Assembly (NCBI RefSeq): GCF_006345805.1
Contig: NW_021836346.1
Coordinates: 1 to 26,781, forward strand
Direction of reading: 5' to 3'
Source of the DNA: Octopus sinensis
Lineage: Eukaryota
DNA: 26,781 bases
The notes below the pieces were generated by a model. It searched no databases and had not been told where the DNA came from. It worked only from the letters and a program-made list of their open reading frames with translations. Within the stretch, counting starts at the first letter, position 1, and each line of letters opens with the position of its first letter. Both the position numbers and the translations under genes were made by a program. Shown here one piece after another: positions 10,278 to 22,538 of the stretch.

Positions 10278-11090
10278 TAAATAAAATGAGACAACAAAGC
10301 CAAGGCAGTGTGGAACTTTCAGGACATTTATAAAGAGAAAGTTAGTCTTATAGCTGTTTCTGGTGTATTAGGGATATTCCTTCATCCGAGACGATGTGAG
10401 ATGGTTGAATAAAGGGAACTAGAAGGAGTTATTTAGAAAAAGAGTGGAAATAAAAAGTATAAAGGGAAATAAGAGAATAAAAGTAAAAATAAAAATATGT
10501 GTAAGATGCTATAGTTGCAGTTCCATTATCCAAGGAATGTGGTGTGTAGAAGTGGTAGAAATGCTTCTTGTCCATGGCATGTAAATTCCAATAGGAGTTC
10601 ATATCTTATCATTAGAAATGGAAAGTGTGGAGACGTAGATTCCATGTGCTGTTCATTCAAAGTGGTCTTGTGGTATGAATGAAATTTTGAGAATGTAGTG
10701 GTAGTGTTAAGTAGATAAAGAGGAGAGAAAAAATGTGTATGTTAAAATGAGGAGATGGTCAAAAGGAATAGGTGAGAAAAGAAGAAAGAAACAAAGGGAA
10801 GAGAAAAGGAAAAAGGAAAACAGGATTGTTAGTTTGTGATCAATATATGATGAGGTGATGGGGAAGTAGGGGAGGGATAAGAATGTAAGGAATGAATATG
10901 TATGAGGAGTTGAAAGGCATAAAATTGGAGGGATGAGTACAGAAAAGTTACGGGGGTGGTTACGAAAGTGAGTTGTAAACCTCAAAAAGGAAGAGAAGAA
11001 TAGGATATAATGGTCAAGTTTCTAAAAAAATAGATGGAGGTGTTTATTGTACTTGCTAATGTAATAGTGGGGGCTAAGGAATCAGAGAGA
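10278..11090 (-). mobile_element. Probable Penelope-like 3' UTR / pLTR remnant
   Basis: Pyrimidine-rich minus strand that ends in a degenerate hammerhead and lies downstream of the GIY-YIG remnant. Confidence 0.45.
10345..10392 (-). ncRNA. Degenerate hammerhead-like motif
   Basis: Reverse complement: GTCT-CGGATGA-AGG...CCA-GAAA-CAGCTA-TA-AGAC. Stem I GTCT/AGAC. Core has U4>G. Confidence 0.5.
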
Positions 11091-11371
11091 GAGAGAAAGA
11101 AAGACGTATGCACGAGCGCACACACATACATATACGTGTGTATATGCACTATTATATAGGACCACATACTTATGAACTTAAAGCCATACACATATATGCA
11201 TATATATATATATATAAGCACACACATACCCATAGACAAATTCATATACACATACACGTGCGCACATATACACGCATAGACATACGCACATATACACGTA
11301 TACATACACACACACAATTACATCCGCACATATGTATGCATACATGTATACATGTCCCTATATGTATTATT

Positions 11372-12285
11372 AGACAATTAAAAATAAGATTGGAGAGGTA
11401 AACTATTTAAAAACGTAGATTATGGAATGTCAAATAGGGTTGTTGGAGATTACCTAAGAAGTGTTCGGGATATGTACTGTGTGGTGATTTAGGTTGCATT
11501 TAGAATTGTGGTAAAATCTTAAGGTATGGAAAAAGCGGTGATTGCATGTATCCAAAGCATTATTATATTCATTTAATAGTATCGAACAGTTGTATTTTAA
11601 TATGTGGAATGCCTCTTTTAGCCATAACTTACAGGCTGCGCGGTGACCCTATGGAAGCTCTGAATTTATTATGGACCATGACAAGATGTATAGAATATTT
11701 CTATATTTGAGATGATGTATGTGACCGGCGATGGTCGTGGATTTATTGTGTTTTTCATATCTAAAAAGTTGCGACCTGTTAAGAATTTATAATTGACCCC
11801 TACATATATGGTTGTAGAATTGTGCAACTTGTTGAGGACGGTACATTTGTAAATTAGGTTAGACGTTCTGCAACAGGAATGTAGAGGGCAGATGGTCCCA
11901 GGGCGGCAGTTACATGGTAGGGCATTGTGGGGATTATTCTCAGGAATGGAGAAGGGGTAAGAAATGGGGGTAGATTGGTCTATGTTATTAACATTATTAT
12001 TACTATTTCTATCGTTATTGTTATTTATCCTATCTGTAATAGTGGTGGAAGCTGGGGTGGTAGTATTCTGGTTAGTGTATGTGGGATTGGTTGGGGTTTT
12101 GTTGTGATCTAAAGTAAGGGGTTCGATATTGGAGCTATGAACATGTTGGGGGCTCATATATTCAAAGATGTTACAGTGTAAGTGTTGATAACAAAGAGAA
12201 AGTTGATAGAGAGGATGTCCTTCCATAACACTTATATAGCTTTTACCTGCCACCTTGGGTCTCCTGGATACCAATGCCTCTCATA
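11372..12285 (-). mobile_element. Penelope-like element fragment: Cys-linker plus GIY-YIG endonuclease
   Basis: ORF 11669..12274 has CNCRPGTICPLHSCCRTSNLIYKCTV...IYVG. A downstream frame (about 11510-11685) reads LSWSIINSELP*GHRAACKLWLKEAFHILKYNCSILLNEYNNALDTCNHRFF, matching the PLE GIY-YIG C-terminus pattern W.I...C.LCL.E...LN...C.H. Confidence 0.8.
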
Positions 12286-12354
12286 TACCTACCTACCTAC
12301 CTACCTACCTACATACATACAAACATACATACATACATACATATATATATATAT

Positions 12355-12387
<33 letters not shown>

Positions 12388-13568
12388 TATTATATATATA
12401 TATATAGACCGATAGATAGATAGATATAGATAGATAGATATACATGTATATGCGCATATATACATTCGTGCACTCACATACACAAACACACACAAACATA
12501 TATATATATGAATGGTTCTCCGTCGTTTTCAACAATGAAGGTTCAGTTGTTCAATCGTTAATGTGAGATAAACTTCTTACCCATTTGACTGTATATCTTC
12601 TTCGTCGTCGTCGTCATGATCATAATCATCATCCTCATCGTCGAAGACGAAGTTATCACCGTAACTGATATTAGTTTCGAGAGTCAAGGGAAGATTATTT
12701 TAATACAACAATTTACATATAAACAATCTTCTCCTAGTCAGGAGGGAAAAGTGATAACTCCGGGCATGTTTCGAGTATATCTGGACGTCGTCAGTGAAGG
12801 ATAGATAAAATATAGAGAACCACGCTGATAACTTTCTTCATCGTCTTCTTACATTAAAAAACCAACGTTTTTTCACAAAGTGACAACACTTCTAATACGC
12901 GGATATCCTCATGTTCTGTGGTATCGATATTTTGTTTCATTTGTCATAGTTATGCGATTTAATCAAAGCAAGGAATTTTACACTCGTTGCCAGAAACAGT
13001 GAGAAATCGGAGACTGTAAAATAAAAGAAAATATAAAAAAACAATAACTAATGCAAAAAGACTCAAGCTTACAGGAAACATTGATAATTTAATTTATCTC
13101 CCATCTTCTTTTTAAATTGATTCGTTTACGTGCATATATATGTAAATATACATGCATAAATACATACATAACATCATACATACATACATACCTACATATA
13201 TATATTATATATATATATTATATATATATTATATATATATATATATATATAGACATATATACACATATACATGCGTATATGTAAATGTATTATTTACATG
13301 TATATAATATACCTGCATGCATACTTACACATATACATACATGTACACGTGTGTGTGCTTTCTTTTCACACTCTTTGATAAATTGTTTTTATAAAACTTG
13401 TTACTGTTTTTCTTCTCCCTTAATACCATAGGCACGTAAACATCAGCATAACGTATGTACATACATATATATATACTACATACATATTTACAAAACACAT
13501 ATGTATGTATGTACATATATATAGATATATAATATATATATAAATATACATATAAATGTATATGCATT

Positions 13569-13602
<34 letters not shown>

Positions 13603-13613
13603 CATGCAGATAC

Positions 13614-13657
<44 letters not shown>

Positions 13658-13742
13658 AATACATATACACGCACACACACTATATACCACACACATACAT
13701 ACAAGAATAAAACACGTGCAGTAGTGTAAATATCATAACCTT

Positions 13743-13782
<40 letters not shown>

Positions 13783-14187
13783 AACACAAACACATACGCA
13801 ACACAAATACTTCACACATCGCGATAAACGACCATGCCCGCAGACGATCACATTTTACGCGAACCTGCAATTACATATGCGAAGCATACCAGCATTCCAG
13901 CACCTACATACAATCAGGAATACACGCACTCGTATACAATTCCCCAGACACGCGTAAACGGAGACAAGCTGTCACATAAACACAAGCATATTCTCTATTT
14001 AAACTGTCTCCGTCTCCACCACTTTCTCTCCCGCTCTTTCGCTTTCTCTCTGTCAGTGTATAATTTCTTTATCTTCTTCTTTTGTCTCACTATGCACCTA
14101 CCTGTCAGTGTTAATCACTTCATCTCGTCATCAGTCACACACCCAATCAATCATTCAATGAATGAAACAAGTAACCAACGAGGCAAA

Positions 14188-14188
<1 letters not shown>

Positions 14189-14258
<70 letters not shown>

Positions 14259-14343
14259 GCGATGCATCTAGCCAAATACGTATCTATAAATACATATGTA
14301 TGCGTAATATATATGCTCGGATATATAGATGTATAACTATATG

Positions 14344-14410
<67 letters not shown>

Positions 14411-14440
14411 ATTATATATATATATATATACATATATACA
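14189..14440. repeat. (CTAT)n followed by (TA)n tracts
   Basis: Direct reading. Confidence 0.9.
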
Positions 14441-14442
14441 TA

Positions 14443-15253
14443 CAGGGTCGGTGAATAAACCATCATCTAAATAACGCATAACGGAAAATAAAGCTGACAT
14501 CTCACTTTAACAGACATATTCAGTAAAATTGAACAAAATCGTCATTGACTTCAACCACGGCCTTCAGACGGATTCGGAAAGTCTTGCAACTCTTCAAGTT
14601 GGTGATTGCTGCCATAATCCATGTTTTCAGTTCATCTTTGGTGCTACAAGGAGATTTGTTGGTCTCTCAACTGCACCGCACCCAAAATAATCAAGGGGTT
14701 GCAGTCTGGGGAGTTAGGTGGCCAGATGTTAGGAAAGATGTCATCCGGAAATTGAAATTCATGACTGGTTTCTCCTGCTTGTGTTGCATGGTGCTGAGTC
14801 CTGTTACCAGACATAGGGTCTTCCAGCAGCCACCCTCTCGACCCAGGGCAGCACTACCTTCTCCAAGCATTTGATGTAGGCCTTCGTGTTAAGTGTGAGG
14901 CCGTGTGGGTAGATGAATGAGGCATAACGTCGCCATCAATAGTGATCACTCCAAACACCATGATGTTGACTGGATGTTTGATTTTTATCACTCTCAGTAC
15001 ATGTTTTAGGGACTCAGATTGAAACCCAACACCCTGAAAAGTTCGTACTGGAGCTTCCAGCGTGAATGCCAAGCAGCACAGCATGTCGTTTCCCAATTTT
15101 TGGCAGAATGAATTGCGTCATGGTGCTCTTTTTCTCATAGACAGTGCCCAATTGACTCTACTATACTGTAAAAATGACGAAATCAAATACAAACAATACG
15201 CACGCGCAAAATTAACAGAATATTAAATGGCGGCAATTTAACCATCGCACCTG
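14443..15253 (-). mobile_element. Internally deleted Tc1/mariner element (maT/DD37D-like)
   Basis: TA-CAGGGTCGGTGAATAAA ... TTTAACCATCGCACCTG-TA imperfect TIRs. Minus-strand peptides KHPVNIMVFGVIT, YIKCLEKVVLPWVERVAAGRPYVW*QDSAPC and WPPNSPDCNPLDY; the last acidic residue is D, as in maT. Confidence 0.85.
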
Positions 15254-15279
15254 TATAGTATATATATAATATATATATA

Positions 15280-15334
<55 letters not shown>

Positions 15335-15455
15335 ATATATATTATATATTTATATATCAAACGTGAGGATAAAATTCTTTTCGAAAAAAAAAATTTTCTC
15401 GAAAAAATCTTTATCAATGGCCAGCATATTAAAAAATACCTTTAACGGTTAAATT

Positions 15456-15789
15456 TATAAGCAATTCATAAATGAGGGCAAAGGAAAAAGTTTCTAATAC
15501 CAAATATGCCGAAAAATTGGACATATTGTCCATTAACCATATAATGTTTTCACAATACGCATGCTACTCGAAAAAAGGCTGACAGAAATTTCTTTAAAAT
15601 TCCATTATTACCATATCAGACCGATTTCAGAGTTAGCTACTAAGAGCCCTCTCTTCGTCAGTGATACATGTGGCAAAAGAAATAAATGAGATACTTACTA
15701 CTATACCATGGAAGTATCTCATTGGACAATATGTCCAATTTTTCGGTATATTTGGCATTATAAACTTTTCCTTTGCCCTCATTTATGAA

Positions 15790-15797
<8 letters not shown>
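15456..15797. repeat. Fold-back cassette: about 75-bp inverted arms around a 190-bp spacer containing a hammerhead
   Basis: AATTCATAAATGAGGGCAAAGGAAAAAGTTT...AAAAATTGGACATATTGTCCA versus TGGACAATATGTCCAATTTTT...AAACTTTTCCTTTGCCCTCATTTATGAATT. The unit 15358-15797 lies between (TA)n tracts. Confidence 0.85.
15613..15667 (-). ncRNA. Minimal type I hammerhead ribozyme (intact core)
   Basis: Reverse complement: GTATCA-CTGACGA-AGAG(18 nt)CTCT-GAAA-TCG-GTC-TGATAT. 6-bp stem I, 4-bp stem II, all core nucleotides, GUC cleavage triplet, vestigial stem III. Confidence 0.78.
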
Positions 15798-15843
<46 letters not shown>

Positions 15844-16155
15844 CTACACATATACACGCACACACTCACATACACACAAAATGTATACATGCATAAACAC
15901 ATGAATAGATAAATGCATACATACATATATATATTACATATACATATATAACATACATATATATATATACAGCATACATATATGCTACATACATACATAT
16001 ACATACATATATATATATATATATATACATACATATATATATACAGCATACATATATGCATACATACATACATACATACATACATACATACATACATACA
16101 TACATACATGCATACATACATACACATACAAACATGTCTGTGTATGTATGTATGC
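15798..16155. repeat. (TA)n/(TACA)n microsatellite tract
   Basis: Direct reading. Confidence 0.93.
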
Positions 16156-16518
16156 TTGAAAATGTGTTTGTTTATTGAAACCCACAAGAACAAACACAGA
16201 AAAACAGAAAAAGCAACCAGTAAATAACGAAATAAAACATTGTATATAGACTTATTATGTTTTTGCTGAAAAAAAATGGTGGGTTACTAACGAGGAGAAG
16301 CTTGTTTCATCTTACACTTCATTAGTGAATAAATGAAAGGAGAAAAGTAATTAATTCTCGAATAAATGCGTGGAGTTATTCACCTGGAGAAACCTACATG
16401 TTAACGGAAACAAGGCGGTGTAATAGATTTGCCTTGAGGTGTTATGCGAGGCGGGGGTGGTAGATGATTTAAATTTCTCCTAATCTTCATAGACACCGGA
16501 AAACTTGATAGCAATAAG

Positions 16519-16668
16519 CTTTTCTTATATAGGCGCAAGACCGGAAATTCGGAATAGAAAAGGGATAGCGCTGATTACAGCGACGCTCGGTGCTTAAAGG
16601 GTATTTATTTTATCGACCCCGAAAGGATGAATGGCAAAGTCGACCTTGGCGGAATTTGAACTCAGAAG
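16519..16668 (-). mobile_element. SINE family B, partial copy lacking the head
   Basis: Reverse complement TTCTGAGTTCAAATTCCGCCAAGGTCGACTTTGCCATTCATCCTTTCGGGGTCGATAAAATAA matches about 22307-22370. Confidence 0.85.
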
Positions 16669-16733
16669 GCAAATATACATACATGCATACATACATACAT
16701 ACATACATACATACATACATACATACACATACA

Positions 16734-16764
<31 letters not shown>

Positions 16765-16791
16765 TATATATATATATATAGACATACTCAT

Positions 16792-17008
16792 GGTGCGGCA
16801 GAAAGGTTACTCGATTTCAAAGGTTAAAAAACAAACACATGAAGATACAAGAAAAACGATGCTCTCCATTCCAGACGATGGTGGGTACGACCTGAAACAA
16901 AAAGAAATAGCATTTAAAGAACTTCAGAGAAATACTAAGTGTTTTCATGCATATTCATGTGTTTGTCATTTATTAACCTTTGAAATCGGGACACCTTTCT
17001 GCTGCATC
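16792..17008. repeat. Diverged fold-back cassette with degenerate hammerhead in the spacer
   Basis: TGCGGCAGAAAGGTTACTCGATTTCAAAGGTTAA...ACAAACACATGAA versus TTCATGTGTTTGT...TTAACCTTTGAAATCGGGACACCTTTCTGCTGCA. The spacer has CAGACGA-T-GGT(GGGTACG)ACC-T-GAAAC (16872-16898). (TA)n on both sides. Confidence 0.75.
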
Positions 17009-17030
17009 CTGATATATATATATATATATA

Positions 17031-17070
<40 letters not shown>

Positions 17071-17091
17071 TATATATATATATAGTTATAT

Positions 17092-18030
17092 ATCTTGATG
17101 TTGACGTCTAGAAGGAAAGTTCGTTATACCTGGTTTCCGTCGTAAAGTTGATAGAAGGGTACAGTGTGTTAAGGATGTTGTGGAATATTCGTAGATCTGT
17201 TCCAAAAGATGAAACAATCATCGAGGTAGAATTTCCTCTTTTTCTTGATGTTTTCTCTGAAGTCGTGTTCGAAGATTTTCCCTATTTCCTCGTCTAGTTT
17301 GTCCTCAAGGAAACCCATAACCAGGTTGGCATAAGAAGGTGCGAATTTCGTACCCATAGCCGTGCCATTTATCGGTCAGTATGTCTTGTTGTTAAATGTG
17401 AGTGTGTTTTCTTCAAGTATTAATTGGGTGGCTTTGGTGATAAATCTGTTTTGAAGCATTTATCTATGAATTCCTTGTAGTTTTCTACCCATTGTTTTAT
17501 CGCCTTCAGACCCAGGATGTGTAGTATGTTCGTCTATACGATTGTGACATCGAAGCTTGCAAGTATGGTGTTTTCCGGAACCGTATTTGGAATGTGTGTG
17601 AGAAAGTCTGTCATCCTTTATACAGCTTGCTATCAGTGGGCATAAAGGTTTGAGGAGTACATCTATGTAGTGGCTTAGTTGTTGTGTTGGTGCCCGTGAG
17701 GTCTGTGGGTCTTTGTATTCTTATATAATGGCTCCTCTGTTCTTTTATGGCTCTCTGTATTTCAGAGCTTTTATGAACTTTAGGTAGTCCATAAAATTGC
17801 CTTCTTTGGTTCTTGAGTTGCATAAATAGTTTTTCTCCTTGTCTGTAAAGGAGTCCTGGTATTCATTGACTAATGTTCCGATTTTTTAATGTAGCTTTCT
17901 CCGGTTGTGTTGATTCCTCTTCATAGTGTGTCTGGTTGTTAAGTATCTTTAGTATCTTTTCTTTGTAGCTATCTGTATCCATAATTACTATCGCTCCACC
18001 TTTGTCAGCTTCTTTTAAGACGATCGACTT
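17092..18030 (-). pseudogene. Penelope-like element reverse transcriptase remnant (frameshifted)
   Basis: Collinear PLE RT motifs on the minus strand: KEADKGGAIVIMD, FYGLPKVHK, DFLTHIP..ILASFDVT, GTAMGTKFAPSYANLVMGFLE, FYLDDCFIFW, INFTTE. Confidence 0.9.
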
Positions 18031-18082
18031 AAATAAGTAAAAATAAAAGACAAACATATTACCATCTAATGATATACCGACA

Positions 18083-18501
18083 TGCTCAGGCCTGGCTGTG
18101 TAGTAAGAAGCTTGTTTCCCAGCCTAATGTTTCCGGGTTCAGTCCCACTGCGTGGCACCTTGGGCAAGTATCTTCTACTATAGGCTCGGGCCGACCAAAG
18201 CCTTGTGAATGGATTTGGCAGACGGAAACTGAAAGAAGCCTGTCGTATATATATATATATAATATATATATATATATGTATATACTTGAGTGTTTGTGTT
18301 TGCCCTCCCCCTCCCTCCATCGCTTGACAATCGATACTGGTATATTTATGCCCCCGTAACTTAGAGGTTCGGCAAAAGACCGATAGAATAAGTACTAGGC
18401 TTACAAAGGATAATTTCTAGGGTCGATTTCTTCGACGAACACCCTTTAAGGCGGTGCTCCATCATGGCCGCACTCAAATGACTGAAGCAAGTAAAAGAGT
18501 A
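18083..18501 (+). mobile_element. tRNA-derived SINE family A, best-preserved copy
   Basis: Pol III A-box-like TGGCTGTGTAGT and B-box-like GGGTTCAGTCCC, a CORE-like CCTTGGGCAAGT, internal (TA)/(TG) tract and AAAAGAG tail. Four copies in the window. Confidence 0.9.
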
Positions 18502-18868
18502 TACCTCCTTTCTGATCTCACCCTCCAACCTTCTTCTTCCTCCTCCTTACACTCTTCAACGTCATACACATCTTACCTCTTACTATTATCTCACTCCTGT
18601 ATACTAGCACCTCCTACTACTACTCCCTACTACTATCTCCCTCCTCCTCTTTCTATCGCTGCCGTCATTTTGGTCCTCTTAGTCGCTAAACCTAACTATT
18701 TACCCATGTATGTGTCCTTACTTTATTATGTCCTTTGACTCATCCATTTTCTATTCTAAATAAATATATTATTCCGGAAATTTGGTTTTCAATATTTCCC
18801 TTATCCCCTCTTCATCATTTGCATCTCTCGACATTTTTATTATGTTCCTGTACCTTTCTCCCTCTCTT

Positions 18869-18911
<43 letters not shown>

Positions 18912-19589
18912 TTCCTATTTTCTTTCTATTATTTTTACTTCTCTCTCTGTATATACTACAAACACACCTTTACATGGAGAGTACATAATAAATATTTCTT
19001 ACTTAGTCACTCTTAGTCTATCTCCCCATCTTCTCTCTCTTTGTTTCACGCCATCTAAAAAACCTGCAAATTCAATAGTTTTCGTTTTTAATAGTATTCA
19101 GTTATTTTCGTTTTCTTTCATTTCACCAATTTTATATTCGTTTCCTTCCTTCCTATGTAGCTTACAATGTACAACAGCCAGCCTCTACACACACACACAC
19201 ACGCACGCACGCACGAACGCACACACACACGTACATATATATATATATGTATATATATATGTATATATATATATGTATATATATATATGTATATATATAT
19301 ATGTATATATATATATGTATATATATATCTACATGCATATATAGAGACATGTATCTGCGTGCTTTCACATGTATATGCGCACACACGCACTCATGTACAC
19401 AAGCACACATATATGCACGCATGCACTTAGGCAAGATTGCACGCGATAACTGAGACTCAGTATGGAACAACTAAGAATATCACGGAAAGGGGAAATGCCG
19501 TCATCACTATATATTCCGCCTACTCTTGAAGAGCATGCACTTAATAGCTTACAAAGATTTTGGGTGTTTTAAACAACCTGTCAATAAGT

Positions 19590-19728
19590 GACGGGTAGAT
19601 TATTTAATCGAATTCAGAAGGATTAAAAACAAAATTTACCTCAACAAAAAAAGAATGTAAAGAGCCGGAACAAATAACGGACACCATTTATTCCGATGTT
19701 CTGACGATTCTGCCTGCTTTGAGACCGT
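19590..19728 (-). mobile_element. SINE family B, very old copy
   Basis: CTGACGATTCTGCC is the reverse complement of the head GGCAGAATCGTTAG; TTATTTAATCGA..GAAGGATTAAA resembles the central domain. Confidence 0.45.
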
Positions 19729-19740
19729 AGAATAATCCAT

Positions 19741-19881
19741 TGACTGTCAAATCTGTGGTATTGAGTAGAATATTTGCTGTAGCCTATCTTTTATACCTAG
19801 ACAAACCAATGTACATGATAACACTTCCAATCAGTTAAGATCAGAAACCATGAGAACCACTACCTGGTACAGCGTCAGGGC

Positions 19882-19883
<2 letters not shown>
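19741..19883 (-). mobile_element. Fragment of a non-coding (TAA)n-associated interspersed repeat (family D), one terminus
   Basis: TCAAATCTGTGGTATTGAGTAGAATATTTGCTGTAGCCTATCTTTT is shared with about 22001-22045. Abuts (TTA)n at 19883. Strand is inferred. Confidence 0.65.
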
Positions 19884-19947
<64 letters not shown>

Positions 19948-20043
19948 AATGATGATGATAGTAATGGTGGTAACAATTACGATGATAAGGCTTATAACAA
20001 TCATGGTGAAGCTACTGGTGATGATGATGACGACAACCACCAC

Positions 20044-20076
<33 letters not shown>

Positions 20077-20185
20077 CATTACGACAGCAATGGTTGTCAC
20101 GATGTTAAGCAGCATCATGGCAACGATAGTGATGTTAGTTAGAATGGCGGTGATGGAGAAGTTGATGGCACAGTTGGTGATATGA
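19883..20185. repeat. (TTA)n grading into degenerate (GAT)n
   Basis: Direct reading; explains the poly-I/poly-M ORFs. Confidence 0.93.
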
Positions 20186-20803
20186 TCCTCTTCGTGATAA
20201 GATGTATTTATTATTTTTTATTATTTCTTCATTTGTCTTCTCTTTCTTTTCTTTTTTTTTCTTTTTTCTTGCAAATTATGCTGTGAGCTAAACATTTATA
20301 AAAGCAAAACTTTTTCGAAAAGAACCGAGACTGTGTTTCGCTATTACTGACGTCTGTTTGTTTACCTCCCAAAGATAGTAATAATAATGTTCAAACAGGC
20401 AGCATTCATTATCTTAACTTTGATCATGTTCGGTGGGGGTGGGCATGAAAACATTACCGTTTCGCACAAAATAAAGAACTACTAACTAAAAAAGCAAAAA
20501 AATTGGGAGTATGAACGCAGATTCACGCACTTTTTTTTCGGTAAATACACTTCTTGTTGCAGATAAACAAATTGATTACATAAAGATTTTGGAGTGTGTA
20601 CACATCGACAGCATTCACATAAACGAATAAAAGATGAAGAGACAGTGATAATGTGTGTATATATATAGGCATGTATACATGCATGTCAGTCTTCATATAT
20701 ACCCGTGTGTAGATATGTGCCTATGTATACGTGTATGTATATATGTATAAACATCTATCTATCTGTCTATCTATCTATATATATATATATATATATATAG
20801 ATG

Positions 20804-20885
<82 letters not shown>

Positions 20886-21486
20886 ATACTTATATGTACA
20901 CACACACATATATATACGCACATAGTTGCCTTAAAGTACGTATACATACTTGTACGCATCTACGTATTTCTACACACATATATGTGTATATTATTGTATG
21001 TATGTATGTATATATAATCTATATCTATACACATATATACATACATATGTATATATGTATCTTATATATATATATATATTATATATATATATATATATAT
21101 AATAATAATATATATATATTATATATACATATACATGCACATGTAAATGTATATGTCTGTTGATATGCATACAGAAAAGCACATGCTCAGACCTTCCCAT
21201 AATTTACGAGTAAGATGACGAACATACACATTGTTACACACATGCGCACTCACAGCAAGATGACAACGGAAGAAACAAACATTCAGCAATGTCAGGCGTC
21301 TGTAGGCAGGTTTCCAAATTCTTACTACGCATTTATTTGCCTAGAAATGGCTGATCAGTGCAGTGATATGCGACCAAATGGTTGAGTGAATCAGAAACAT
21401 TCACAAAAGTTGGGATAATACATGGTTTACTTCTGTTTTTATGGAAAACTAAAGGCATTTGAGCGGCAGGAGTTATTTCCTTTCAA

Positions 21487-21505
21487 TTATTATTATTATT
21501 ATTAT

Positions 21506-21587
<82 letters not shown>
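21487..21587. repeat. (TTA)n-(CTA)n-(TTA)n microsatellite
   Basis: Direct reading. Confidence 0.96.
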
Positions 21588-22045
21588 GAGTGAGAGAGCA
21601 GTGCATGCCATCAAAGTAACACTGGGGTAAAATATACGAAGCCCAATATACCCATCATGACTACCCGTCTGATAAGGGTACATCAGGCACATGCATCACA
21701 ACCATATGTGCGCGACATGGTGATCTCATATCAAGATAAACAGCACATGACCTGCAGGTGGGGACCAGTTAGAATTTTCTTCAGGTTGAGTAGCCCATCC
21801 CGCTCAAAAGGTCCCTGAATAAGGGTTGTTAAGGATGTTGAAAGAACCACCCATGTTTCCAGAGGTGAATTATTCAAACCCAAGAATCCCTCTCAACACA
21901 TGGTATGATGCTCCCCCACTACTTCTGCTCGTGATCAGAGATGCAATATCGTCAGCCACTAAGGGACATGCTCAACTGGTTAAGGTCAAACAACTGACAA
22001 TCAAATCTGTGTATTGAGCAGAATATTTGCTGTAGCCATCTTTTT
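21588..22045 (-). mobile_element. Non-coding (TAA)n-embedded interspersed repeat (family D), main body
   Basis: Complex, moderately GC-rich sequence sharply bounded by TTA arrays on both sides, with a second overlapping copy at 19741-19883. No recognisable protein. Strand is inferred. Confidence 0.65.
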
Positions 22046-22067
22046 TTTTTTATTATTATTATTATTA

Positions 22068-22101
<34 letters not shown>

Positions 22102-22166
22102 CATATAAGTCACCTCCACCACCTCCAGCACCACCACACCACCACCATCACCGCCACCACCACCAC

Positions 22167-22238
<72 letters not shown>

Positions 22239-22451
22239 GGCGGCGAACTGACAGAATCGTTAACACGCCGGACGAAATGTTTGGCGGTAATTCGTCTGCC
22301 GTTACGTTCTGAGTTCAAATTCCGCCGAGGTCGACTTTGCCCTTCATCCATTCGGAATCGATGAAATAAGTACCAGTTGAACACTGGTGTCGATGTAATC
22401 GACTAGTTCCCCCTCCCCCAAATTTCAGGCCTGTTGCCTTTTGTAGAAAGG

Positions 22452-22452
<1 letters not shown>
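22239..22452 (+). mobile_element. tRNA-derived SINE family B, full-length copy with (ATT)n tail
   Basis: Head GGCGGCGAACTGACAGAATCGTT, B box GAGTTCAAATTCC, central GGTCGACTTTGCCCTTCATCCATTCGGAATCGATGAAATAAGTACCAG (recalls the Meta/MESC-type SINE domain; not verified). Confidence 0.88.
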
Positions 22453-22520
<68 letters not shown>

Positions 22521-22538
22521 GTTATTATTATTATTATT

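Noticed and set aside
10550-10625. Minus-strand peptide MIRYELLLEFTCHGQEAFL as a second GIY-YIG C-terminus
   Set aside because: Only a loose resemblance, and the upstream sequence shows no GIY-YIG motifs.
10278-18030. RT (17.1-18.0 kb) and GIY-YIG (11.5-12.0 kb) as one fragmented Penelope element
   Set aside because: They are on the same strand in the right order, but are separated by 5 kb of unrelated sequence. The EN piece seems to have its own inverted terminus, and the motifs may belong to different PLE clades.
18083-18160. SINE heads as tRNA genes (also 22239-22330)
   Set aside because: A and B boxes are present, but there is no cloverleaf and they continue into SINE bodies.
19800-19883. 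HDV-like ribozyme at the terminus of family D
   Set aside because: A TGTAC/GTACA pairing exists, but I could not assemble P1, P1.1 and P3 into the nested double pseudoknot.
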